The position numbers and the translations under genes were made by a program. Of a DNA stretch of 64,000 nt, positions 12,675 to 25,024 are shown one piece after another. The DNA is from Octopus sinensis (Eukaryota). The stretch's first letter is position 1, and each line of letters begins with the position of its first letter. The stretch lies in assembly GCF_006345805.1 (NCBI RefSeq), contig NC_043013.1, forward strand, positions 46,128,001 to 46,192,000, written 5' to 3'. Below the pieces are notes generated by a model. That model searched no databases. It worked only from the letters and a program-made list of their open reading frames with translations, and had not been told where the DNA came from.

Positions 12675-13170
12675 AAAGGTCGACTTTGCCTTTCATCCTT
12701 TCGGGGTCGATAAATTAAGTACTAGTTGTATACTGGGGTCGATGTAATCGACTTAGTCCGTTTGTCTGTCCTTGTTTGTTCCCTCTGTGTTTAGCCCCTT
12801 GTGGGTAGTAAAGAAATAGGTATTTCGGCTGCCGTTACGTTCCGAGTTCAAATTTCGCCGAGGTCGACTTTGCCTTTCATCCTTTCGGGGTCCATAAATT
12901 AAGTACCAGTTACGCACTGGGGTCGATATAATCGACTTAATCCATTTGTTTGTCCTTGTTTGTCCCCTCTGTGTTTAGCCCCTTGTGGGTAGTAAAGAAA
13001 TAGGTATTTCGTCTTTCGTTACGTTCTGAGTTCAAGTTTCGCCGAGGTCGACTTTGCCTTTCATCCTTTCGGGGTCGATAAATTAAGTACCAGTTACGCA
13101 CTGGGGTCGACGTAATCAACTTAATCAGTTTGTCTGTCCCCTCTGTGTTTAGCCCCTTGTGGGTAGTAAA
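12675..13170 (+). mobile_element. SINE family B, head-to-tail trimer (184-bp unit)
   Basis: Junction AAAGAAATA|GGTATTTCG at 12818/12819 and 13002/13003. Confidence 0.9.
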
Positions 13171-13765
13171 GGATTTATAACAACCAAGAACCAAGATATC
13201 GACATAGACCAAATATACATGTGTATGATATACAGATAGAAAGAAGGGAGCAGGGCAATGGTGAACGAATTCGAATGGTAGACAATGGACTGAGAGGCAG
13301 TCTAATGGGTGCAGTGTGCTACAAAGAGTGGGCATGAAAGATAACAATAACCGGATGTGTATAAATGCTTTCCATCCTTATTTTTATCTTTTCATTAGCC
13401 TTCTTTTCGGCCTGTACATATCGTGGTACAAATAGCTATAGGTGTGTGCATATTGCAATTTCAGGAAATCTGCAAAATATTTCATGAGAGGAAATAAAAA
13501 ACATAGTTTTCCATGATTACATTGTTAAATGAGGTTAATTAATGGTTATGGAAAGTTTGCTATATTTAGAGCACTTCGCAGCACTCCTCTCCTTACACAC
13601 TCAGAACACACAACACACAATGGTCAAATATGATGACGCAAGTCGATACAAACAGATACTCTCTTTATTCGGATTTCGCCCCAATTTATCCGTTATCCAG
13701 TTTCATGCGAGCAAGTTTAACGATGAGCACACATGCACACATTGTGTGTGTGTGTGTGTGTGCGC

Positions 13766-13852
<87 letters not shown>

Positions 13853-14695
13853 AGGGAGATCGGGGAACAGAGAAACTGTGGGTGATACAGATAATTTGAC
13901 ATTATTTTTGAATTCTGCATGCAAAAACACACACGATACAGGTATTCTTTTCCTTGGAACAAATCCTTTGTTGACCAATGTTATTCTTACCGCAGGTTAC
14001 AAATCCAAGCATGAAAATATTACTCAACTTTAAAGTTTTGGAGACAGACACCCTCTTTAGACACACACACACACACACACGAATGCATAAATGTACATAT
14101 AAACTTATATATGAATACATACATCCACATGTACTTATATATTAATGATGTACACAAATACATGACAGGTATATATAGCACTGAAACACGCATAAAGTAA
14201 ACACATTCAGACAGAAACCTACAATGAACAGGTCATGTCACAGACGCTAAACTATAAATTTCACAGGGTACAACCTTAAAGTTGACATCGCTCCCCTGTC
14301 ACCTTCTAGCAGCTAACGGGATCGTAAGACAGACTCAGTTTCGAGCTATTTGGCTCACCATCAGTCACGAGTACCTGCACACTAGAGCGATAGCCAGGAT
14401 CCTCTACTGCTAACAATATATTGTAAACAAAATGACTATTGGTCACTGATTCGCAACAAGCAAAGTAAACTAGTTATAAAATCTCAAGAGGAGATAGAGT
14501 AATAGCCAGTGGCCACATCAAAGTGGCTGTTGATGGGGCCACATCAAAGTGGTTATTGATGTGGCCGCATACGTATAAAGAAAAAGAGAGGGGTCGAGAA
14601 AATGTTTGGTATTATTGAAGCTGGTTAGAGGAATGTCTTTGTGAATTTCAGCTAGGGTCACTTACATATATATACATATACATAGAATGCATATA

Positions 14696-15690
<995 letters not shown>

Positions 15691-16411
15691 ACACACACAC
15701 ACACACATACACATACTCTCTCTCCCTTCCGTTCCTCCATTTCCCAATGCATCCCTCAGCCAACTCATAAGATAAAGTTTAGCCTGTTCCTTCGGGTTTA
15801 ATAATATCGATCTTGCAGTCCTACTTAAAAAGTATTATTTCTCTAGACATTTGCCAGAATTGTAAATATCTGACAGGTTCCTTACAAGATGAGACATATT
15901 TAGTAAGCTCCCACACAGACTGACAGAAAACTATTCAGTTTATCAATTAAAGTGTATTTTTCATCGAAATCTCTTTCTCCAATCACATTTAGTTTAGTTC
16001 CCCAAGAGTCTTACTTCCTTTCCACTTCTTACGCTGTGGCTGTCCACTTGCTTCGCTGTTTTATTAATTTCTTGCCTCACCACCAAATATTCTTATTTCG
16101 CTTCAATATAAATATAATGGACCCGACGACTTGAGAATCGTGTTTATCTTATGGCATCAACATTGTTCATGAATATAGAATCCAAAATATATTTTGTTGT
16201 TATCTTGTCCATAGAAATATCGTGAGTTGAACATTGTCGGGTGATTTTCACCTGTCACAAGCATTAGAACCATGTTTCCGGTCTGCGAATTTTTTTCTTC
16301 CCCTCTCTCCAGTCTCAGAGACATGGAAATACGTAATGAGAACTGTCCTTCCTCTTCTGGTGAAACCATGTAAAAAGATATATGCGTATTCATTGTAATT
16401 TCACAGTAGAT

Positions 16412-16612
16412 CAGTGGTTTTCAACCAGGGTTCCGCCAGAACAGTCCAGGGGTTCCGCAAGAAGTTACAAAACTGCTAAAATCGGCAGTAATTTTTAATT
16501 CTCCTGTGCAGATATGTGTGCATAAGACAATTAAATTATTGCACAGGGGTTCCTCGAGCCAGTGGAATGTTTCCTTGGGATTCTGCTCTAGTAAAAAGTT
16601 TGAAAAGCACTG
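16412..16612. mobile_element. hAT (Charlie-like) MITE
   Basis: TIRs CAGTGGTTTTCAACC / (rc) CAGTGCTTTTCAAAC. Perfect 8-bp TSD CAGTAGAT at 16404-16411 and 16613-16620. Confidence 0.9.
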
Positions 16613-16974
16613 CAGTAGATGAAGGCAAGATGACAGAATTGTTGGCATACTAAACAAAAAAAGACTTTGCCGCATTTCTTCCGGCTTTGCATTGAGTAGT
16701 TCAAATTCAACATTGTTTTTCATTTTCTCGGGGTTGATAAAACTAGTCGAGCATCGGGGTCGCTATAATTAACGGGCCCCACTTTCGTACCAAATTTCAG
16801 GCCTTGTGTCTATAGAAAAAGAGAAAAAAATCCACACCAGAGGGTGCAGACCCCATCAAACGAACTTACTGCCCCACAACGTGTGCAAACTTATATCATC
16901 TAACAGATCCAGGCAGCATTGAAAAAAATGTTAAAGGTGACATAGAAACGATGTGACTTTCATAAGCCTGTTAC

Positions 16975-17396
16975 CAGTTCAAGTATACTTGAAGTGTGTT
17001 CGAATCCCTATGAAAGCCACTCACTGTATTTTGTCATGGAGATTCTCGCTGTAGACAAATAGTTGTCTACAGCGTCCCCTAACCTGACTGAAATGCAGGC
17101 ATTTCGGAGTGATAATTTCCTCTTCAGCAGCAGAGACTGGATAGGCAAACGCTGCGAACTAACACGAGCGACAGGTTCCTCTTATGATTCCCGTCACCAT
17201 AGTAAATAAATTATGGAGTGGCAACGCTAAGTAGGGACGTGTATAAATACATACTATCGGAGAGCATCACACCGAAATGCATACACCCCACAATCTGGTA
17301 AGGGATCGATGTGGGTTGTCTACAGCGAGAAATTTTCTCCCTGACAAAATGCAGTAAATAGCTTTCGAATATGCCTCTTCAAACATATTTGAACGG
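16975..17396. mobile_element. Fold-back element with long imperfect TIRs
   Basis: ~85-bp inverted arms (16975-17060 and ~17315-17396), flanked by direct repeat GTTAC(CAGTT). Confidence 0.55.
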
Positions 17397-17674
17397 GTTA
17401 CCAGTTTGTATTTATACATACCACTGCTCAGCACTGTTATCCCGTCAGGTGACTTTATTCTTACTTGTTTTAAAGCCAATAATGTCGTTCAGCTTATATT
17501 GATTGAATAAACTCTGACATGGAATGTTAAGCTGAACCTGGCAGAGTTTGAAAACAGAACTGAGAGGAATAAATCTAAACAGTGTCATGTATTTGGCAAA
17601 CTACTGCATAGGCCACCTCTCTGTCCTTTCTTATCTTACTCTATGAACACTTTTCAACAATGACTCCACGTTTT

Positions 17675-18092
17675 TATTTCTTTATTACCCACAAGGGGCT
17701 AAACATAGAGGGGACCAAAAAAGACAGACAAGCGGATTAAGTCGATTATATCGACCCCAGTGATTTACTGGTACTTATTTAATCGACCCCGAAAGGATGA
17801 AAGGCAAAGTCGACCTCGGCGGAATTTGAACTCAGAACGTAACGGCAGACGAAATACCTATTTCTTTACTACCCACAAGGGGCTAAACACAGAGAGGACA
17901 AACAAGGACAGACAAACGGATTAAGTCGATTACATCGACCCCAGTGCGTAACTGGTACTTATCTAATCGACCCCGAAAGGAACGAAAGGCAAAGTCGACC
18001 TCGGCGGAATTTTAACTCAGAACGTAGCGGCAAACGAAATACTGCTAAGCATTTCGCCCGGCGTCCTAACGTTTCTGCCAGCTCGCCGCCTT
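17675..18092 (-). mobile_element. SINE family B, dimer
   Basis: One head plus two units, same junction at 17858/17859. Confidence 0.9.
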
Positions 18093-18714
18093 AATAACTC
18101 TGAGTATTATTTCCGTAGAAGAAAAACTTTAGACATATTTTAATCAGTTCCGTTTATTTTTGAATTTACTGAAAAACTATTGTTAATTCGACAGGAAACT
18201 TCCATTTGAAGAATTTAATAACAGATCTCTACCAATTTATTCATTTCACAGTAATCATACTTCCCCTAAAAAAGAAAAAAAAATATATTAAAAATCATTA
18301 AATTGTTTACAAGACTAATTTGAGAATTAGTTAGTATACAGTCTAATTAGTATTAATTCCCGTAGTGTGTACTGTAATTAATTTGCGGAATCAATTAGAA
18401 ATATTTGAATGTTCACTTAAATATTTGTTTTCTTCCAACGACTGTGAAGAGACCGTCTATATCTTTTAACAATGAAGATAACAATGGAATAAAGGTTGAT
18501 GAAAACAAAATATAAATTTATCTATTCTCTGGAACACATTCACACGCGTGCGCATTTACACACGAGTGCGAGCACACACAAATACATGTGCGCGAACGCA
18601 TGCGCGAAAGTGTGCGTATGAAGACAGATACAACTTTTAATAATGGAGATCACAATACGGTAGAGATAGATAATAAGACAAAAATGTCTCTTTTCCGGAA
18701 TGCATGTGTGTGTA

Positions 18715-18715
18715 A

Positions 18716-18770
<55 letters not shown>

Positions 18771-18787
18771 CATACATAGATAGATAA

Positions 18788-18872
<85 letters not shown>

Positions 18873-18928
18873 CAAATATCTATCTATCTATCTATCTTTA
18901 TATATATAAATATAAATACGTATACAAA

Positions 18929-18959
<31 letters not shown>

Positions 18960-18960
18960 T
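18715..18960. repeat. (TAGA)n/(TACA)n/(TA)n microsatellite
   Basis: Direct reading. Confidence 0.95.
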
Positions 18961-19097
18961 TGCTTTGCAAGATTTTTTATGTGAAATCGTGTGTTGAAAC
19001 AGATATTGTTGTGTTTAGGAATACATTAGGAATACAAAATACAAAATGGCTGACCGTTAGTAAGGAGAGACACACAAATAAGAAAGAATAAAGAAAG

Positions 19098-19141
19098 GAC
19101 CACTGATGAGATCACAGAAGTGTGATGAAAGAACTCTGGCC
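19098..19141 (+). ncRNA. Candidate degenerate minimal type-I hammerhead ribozyme
   Basis: CCA-CTGATGA-G-ATCAC[AGAAGT]GTGAT-GAAA-G[AA]C-TC-TGG. Core boxes and stems I-III can be drawn, but G10.1 lacks its C11.1 partner. Confidence 0.4.
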
Positions 19142-19958
19142 GAAATAAAATTAAAAATAATGTAAAAAATAAATAACGCTGAAGCAAAGTAACACCAAAT
19201 ATATAGTGCGTGTGTTTTTATTGGCTAAACGGGCAAGATGAGTATTCCTAAATACAACAATATATATATTATTTTATTTTATTTTATCCAGTTTCAGCTC
19301 ACGAGCTGTGGCCATGCTGGGGCACCGCCATTTATATATATATATATAAATAATATAGGATAAAATTTTTTGAAAAAAATTCTATCAATGGCCAGCATAT
19401 TAAAAAATACCTTTAAAGGTCAAATTTATAAACAACTTATAGTGCTTATAGTGATAAATTATATGGTTATTAACGATTTTGTCTATTTTCGGCATATTTG
19501 ACATTGGAATGTTTTTCTTTTGCCCTTGTTTATAAGTTGTATATATATATATATATATATTTATAATACGCTACGTGTCTTTGTATATATAATTTTTTTT
19601 GTATATATATATAACAGCGTTTGAAGCTGTTGAGTTTGTTCCACTTTAAAAGATTTACTTTCTAAACCATTCGACACGAACTGGAGTCGTTCTGTTTATT
19701 TCTTGTATTTGTCTCTTAATGTTTGATTAAACAGTTTTAAGTTTTTCTAAATCATCCAACAGCGCTGACTGAGTTCTTTCTCCTCACTCCTTAAACCAGT
19801 GAAACTCTTGAATGCTGAACCCAGCCTGATAGCAGAATGTGGCGTTAGCTTAGGTCAATTTCTCGTCGGACTTGTATGAGCTTGTGCATAAATCTAGTGC
19901 TTAAATAGTCTTAAACAGGGAACTTCCTTATCTCTTTCCTTCCTTTCTTCCTCTTTTT

Positions 19959-20369
19959 GGATCTTTTCGGTTTGAACGGCAGTTTTTCTAGAGGTGTCAT
20001 ATGAAATTGTCACCCATAATTATGACCCTAGTATCGATCTATTGCATTTCAATCTCTTTTAGGGTTAGGGTTAGGGGTGGGGGAAGGGTATTTTTTTCTT
20101 CAGAAATGTAAATAGACCCAATCTGTTTCTTAAACGAGGGACATATTCATACGGCACAGAATGTTTTCACCTCAATGGATGTCATTGATTGGTTGAAATT
20201 GCAGAAATTGAAGAAAAAATACAACAAATATTTAACAAACTAGAATTTTCTCAATAAAGCCAAGAGAAAAAGATGTTTTATAAACACATTCTACCAGTAT
20301 ACAAAGTTTAAAATTTTTTAGTTACCTAGAAATTATTTTTAAAAACTGACGTTCAAATCGAAAAGATCC
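19959..20369. mobile_element. TIR element (unclassified MITE)
   Basis: ~29-bp TIR GGATCTTTTCGGTTTGAACGGCAGTTTTT / (rc) GGATCTTTTCGATTTGAACGTCAGTTTTT. Contains TTAGGG x3. Confidence 0.75.
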
Positions 20370-21386
20370 CTTGTATGAGCTTGTGCATAAATCTAGTGCT
20401 TAAATAGTCTTAAATAGTGATCTTTCTTATCCTCTTCCTTTCTTCCCTTCTCCTTTCATCCTTCCCCACTTCTCTTTTCACCCTTCTTTTATTTTCTTTT
20501 TCTGGTTGTGTGTACATCTGTATACGTTTATATATGAATGCTTATGTGTTATGTATGTGTGTACATGGGTGTTTATTTCTTCAAGTCTTCACATGACACT
20601 ATTTGTGTGATGTTTGTATCATCTATAAACAATAAAGTTTGTAGCTCAGTGGTTCCGACGTTTAGACTTATGAAGGCCAGAGAAGAAAATACATTGAAGA
20701 ACAAGTTAGGGTCGGCAACCGAAAGGGCATTCAGCCTTATAATACTGCCTAAAAAGGTTTCCTTTAACCCATGCCAGCATGAAAAAGCAAAAAGTGAAAA
20801 CCACGAAGGTAGTGCTATTCTGCTGCTACTAATGGCAATAAGGATTAAGATGGCGACGACGACGACGGTGGTGATAAAGATGATGCTGATGATGAAGACT
20901 ATGAGGCGATGACGATGATGACAACGACGACGATGATGGTGGGAATAGTTGTCGTTGTGGTGGTGGTGAAAACGATGATGACGATGAGGATGATGGTAAA
21001 TCTGTTACTCATATCATAAAGCGGATGCTGTTGTTTAACCCCAGGACATCCCCGTGCCAGCTGACCTATGTGATAAAGAAGATGTTGATGACGAGTATCT
21101 GTGATCAGAAATGTACTAAATATAGAACGTCTGGTCTGTTATTATAAAAATACAACCTTCTGTTTTCAAGTAGACAGTAAGCTGTAATTTTGAGGAGAAT
21201 TTTGCTGCTATTTACATATTTATTTATGGGAATTCTAAACTGGTTGCTGTTTCGAACCGTCATGCATTGGAAATGCAGACCAAACCCTGTTAGCATTTAA
21301 TTTGCCGTATTGTTAACATTGACACATATTAATGAAAAATCAGTTAAAATAAGAAAATAAGTGGAAATGAAAAGAATAGATTTACT

Positions 21387-21670
21387 GTGATACGAGCATG
21401 CTTAGGAAACGGAACAAAATTGCCACCAAATGTTATCTTCAAAAGAAACACATTGCCAAAGAGGAACTTTCCGAAAGGTATAATCGTTAGACTCCACGAA
21501 AAAGGCTGGATGACCGAATCCAGCATGACAGAATGGCTAAGCCTTGTATGGGGACAACATCCCATTACCCGCGATCGTAGTTTATTAGTTGAAAACACCC
21601 ATACATTTTCATACAGTACATAAAAGTTTTTTATTGTTTGTTGTTTTAGTTATGTTATGTTCAGGAAATG
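21387..21670 (+). mobile_element. pogo/POGK-type transposase remnant (DDE_1 region)
   Basis: GNGTKLPPNVIFKRNTLPK.NFPKGIIVRLHEKGWM...M..WL..VW matches the pogo DDE_1 motif DGxKLPPxxIFK...KGWM. Truncated. Confidence 0.85.
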
Positions 21671-22053
21671 TTTATTTTCGACATTATTGCCCCTAATTGT
21701 TGGTAGCTCACAGCAATGTCAAGAATGTTAGTAGTCAGGATGTAAATTGCAAACATTTATATCCTTTTCCTTACCATCCTCAACAATTTGGCCGATCTCA
21801 CAACAAAACAATTTCAGTCAGGAATATCCATATCACTTTGTATGTCAATGGTGCTCCATTGTGATAAGTAGAAACTCCAAGCAATGTAAAATACGGCCCG
21901 GACCGTGACTTCAAAAAGTAGTTGACCATTTAATGGTTTTAGTAAATTTATACAGAAAAAGTAAGCATTATACCATCCAGCATGAATAAAAGTCAACTTC
22001 ATTATATTTAAGCCCTTATTTTTTCTGTAAAAACCTATTCTGACATTGAGTCA

Positions 22054-22148
22054 ACTTCCGGTACGAATGTTTATGTTTTGTACATCTTTTTTCAACAACA
22101 AAAAAATAAATTCTAATAAAATTCTGGAAACGATCTACTCAGGTAATT
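22054..22148 (+). promoter_or_regulatory. Candidate proximal promoter / non-coding exon of the Tg1 gene
   Basis: ETS-type ACTTCCGGT 22054-22062 and donor CAG|GTAATT at 22143, about 400 nt upstream of the acceptor at 22544. Confidence 0.3.
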
Positions 22149-22560
22149 TATATACCCCTAAAGGTTATTTTTATTTTTGTGGGAAAAAAGTGTAAATTAT
22201 TTGGGGTTTTACAGTACTAAATGCATAATAATTTATACAATAATTAATAAAGCAGTAAATGTATTAAATAATTTACTAATTATGTTATGGAAATAAGAAG
22301 AGGGAGTGATTGGATGCTTTGTAGTGTAAGAAGTAATGTGATTGTCTAAACAGAGATTGATATGTAGTTTAAATGTCGTTTGTAAGCGTTTATGGGTCTG
22401 TGTGTTTTCTGTTACTAGCTTGTGATCATACCTTATAATTATTATCTAATCATCACCATTTAATTATTTGTCGAATATATACTTGCCAAAATTTTACAAT
22501 TCAATTCAGTAGCAAAGTGCATATTTTTTTTTAATAATTTCAGATTTATTGTTGTCGACC

Positions 22561-22726
22561 ATGAAGTACATCTTCTTTATTGCCCTGAGTGTTGTAGCAG
22601 CCGGTGCTCACATCTGCTCACCTAATGCCTGCAAATATTTTGAATGTCTACCTGTAGAAAATTGTGTAGATGGTGAAATAGGAAAAGGATTTTGTGGATG
22701 TTGTGATATTTGCATAAAACATTTGA
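22561..22726 (+). CDS. Coding exon 1 of secreted IGFBP-N/AmFPI-1-like + 2x thyroglobulin type-1 protein (signal peptide and first 8 Cys)
   Basis: ATG at 22561. Translates MKYIFFIALSVVAAGA (signal-like) then HICSPNACKYFECLPVENCVDGEIGKGFCGCCDICIKHL, with CGCCxxC motif. Phase-1 donor A|GTAAGT at 22727. Upstream acceptor tttcag|22544 implies a non-coding 5' exon. Confidence 0.9.
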
Positions 22727-22914
22727 GTAAGTTGGTTTTTATCCAAGATAACTTTTTGGAATTGAAAGATGAAACTATGATAAAAAGCACCAGTAAACTT
22801 AATAAAATGGTTGGCATTTGGAAAGACATCCATGCTGAAGTAAACATTGGTGCTTGGCATAGTCCCCGAACACACTAGCTCACTTAAAAACTTGTCATTA
22901 CCATTATTGTCAAT

Positions 22915-23112
22915 ATGAGCAGAACTTATGAAGCGTTTACTACGAAAGAGAAATTAAATATTGTTGAATATGCATTTGAACGTAGCAATAGAGCTGCCGG
23001 AAGGCATTTTAATGTTTATGAAATGTCAGTTGAAAACGCTTGTACATTTTCATACAGTACATAAAAGTTTAAAAATTGTTTGTTGTTTTAGTTAAGTTGT
23101 GTTCAGAAAATG
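22915..23112 (+). mobile_element. pogo/POGK-type transposase remnant (N-terminal Brinker-like DNA-binding domain) in intron 1
   Basis: MSRTYEAFTTKEKLNIVEYAFERSNRAAGRHFNV matches KLxxVxYA...xNRAAxRxFxV. Shares its 3' ~85 bp with the 21387 remnant. Confidence 0.75.
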
Positions 23113-23257
23113 CTCCATTCAACCCATTCCAGCAGGGGAATTGGATGTTAAATGATGATGTTAATAATGATTAAAAGTCCATGCTGGTTACCAACCAGAT
23201 TCCTAAGGCAGGGACTGTTATGTCAAAGTGGCATTTCACAGCATAATGTAGCTTTAA

Positions 23258-23477
23258 CTCTTTAGTATTTAAACTAGTCATGTTTGGCCCAAATATTCTA
23301 CATTTTTTTTCTGTTCAAATCAATCAGATCCAGCATCTCATACCAACCCAACAATGCCATTCTAAAAATAAACAACGTCGTTATTGAAATCTAAAAGCTA
23401 CAAATTAATACATAATTAATTAAAAACAATGTGAATAAATAAATATTACATTTGACAGTCATCTGAATGCTAAAGTG
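23258..23477. mobile_element. piggyBac-type MITE, second family (older copy)
   Basis: TTAA|CTCTTTAGTATTTA ... TGAATGCTAAAGTG|TTAA. Homologous in reverse orientation to 23698-23916. Confidence 0.7.
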
Positions 23478-23697
23478 TTAACATGGTATAAAATTAATTT
23501 AGACTCAGTATACAGAAACATAAATCAAAATTATAAAGTATAGAAATAATATATAAAAGATGGTAATTGAGTATTAATCATTTGGTGTTAAAAAGATAGA
23601 AATTAATAAAAAAAAAAATACAAGCCATGATGTGGATGGCATTTTTGAATTTCATAAATGTTGGGCTCATCAGGGACATTTTCAAGAAACCCATTAA

Positions 23698-23916
23698 CCC
23701 TTTAGTGTTCAGATTATTCTGTCAATATAATGTTTGTTTATTTAAAATGGTTTGAATTAATCATAAATTATCTTGTAGTTTGGAGATTTCAGAGATGTGG
23801 TTTTTTAGATTTAGAATGACATGGTAGGGCTGAGGTGAGAGGTGAGATCTGGTCAGTTTCAATATAAAACATGTTAAATATTTTGGCCAGATATGGCCGG
23901 TTTGAATGCTAAAGGG
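23698..23916. mobile_element. piggyBac-type MITE, second family
   Basis: TTAA|CCCTTTAGTGTTCA ... TGAATGCTAAAGGG|TAAA. Confidence 0.75.
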
Positions 23917-24418
23917 TAAATAACCATTCTTTAGGACTCCAGGTATACCGCTTACAACAGGGGTGCTTTATGTTTTCAAACGCCATATTCTGCTAATCCC
24001 AATTTCAAGGTCTTTGTACACCAAAAATTTCCCATACTCTTTAGGAGATACATTTTTTAACGCTTCATTTTTAAAATCTTTAATGCTAATGTCAGGTCAA
24101 TTGATGGTAGTGGTGTGGTCTGCACAGACCATAAAATTCCACGAAATTGTTGCATCTTTTGCTTCAGTTACTGATAATGAATGAATGGTACTCATACCCG
24201 TATTTAGCATGCTTGGCATCATAATGTTTTCACTGTCCAGTGAATACATTTGCCAACTCAGTCAAGCTTAGTTTTATATTCATTTGGGGTAAGGGTGTAG
24301 CACCCTGAAACTATACGGTCCATTGTCTTGAATAATTTGTCAAAAGGATTCTACATTTGGGTCTTCGCCATTTCTGAGGATGTTTATTGGGTTGTTTCTC
24401 GGGCAGCAAGCATGAATC

Positions 24419-24478
24419 CATCATCATCATCACCACCACCACCACCACCACCACCACCACCACCACCACCACACCACC

Positions 24479-24512
<34 letters not shown>

Positions 24513-24541
24513 TCATCATAATAATGATAATGATAATGATA
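24419..24541. repeat. (CAT)(CAC)n(CAT)n(AAT/GAT)n compound triplet repeat just upstream of exon 2
   Basis: Direct reading. Ends about 20 nt before the acceptor AG. Confidence 0.95.
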
Positions 24542-24560
24542 ATTTTTATCATTATTACAG

Positions 24561-24662
24561 AGGAAGGTGATCCCTGCTTTCTCGGAGATATGTTTGGAAG
24601 CCTAGTCACCAGCAAGTGTGGTCTTAATCTTGTCTGCAGCAGACGTTCCAGAACTTGCATCA
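24561..24662 (+). CDS. Coding exon 2, second half of the 12-Cys N-terminal domain
   Basis: Acceptor ttacag|, donor A|GTAAGT, phase 1-1. Translates (K)EGDPCFLGDMFGSLVTSKCGLNLVCSRRSRTCI in frame with exon 1. Confidence 0.9.
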
Positions 24663-25024
24663 GTAAGTGATGTTTCTTTCAATTTGAAATTGTCGAATTT
24701 TTTAATACTTAACGCAGTGTATTGGCAAAGAAAAACTGCAGGGTGATGAACTGAAGACTTAGTCTCTTTAATTCCAGAGTCCATAACCGTTTAATGTGAA
24801 CCTTGCTTTACAACCGTTCAGAGTCAATACAATAATTACCGGGGAAGTAATGAGAGCCTCTTGATCACTTCTAACCTTCCCATACAGATACAAATATGGC
24901 TTTGTACCAATGGCAAAAATTAATATTCGCTTGGCTGATGCTATGTACGGAACTGAATTCCATTGGAGATACTCAGAGAAGCTTTATATTCACACACAAA
25001 ATCAGTTATTGGTCACTATCAAAC

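Noticed and set aside
12675-13170. Regularly spaced repeats as a CRISPR-like array
   Set aside because: Contiguous 184-bp SINE units without unique spacers, in a eukaryotic context with no cas genes.
22727-22878. C-terminal half of ORF 22549..22878
   Set aside because: Read-through past a perfect GTAAGT donor; the domain continues in exon 2 at 24561.
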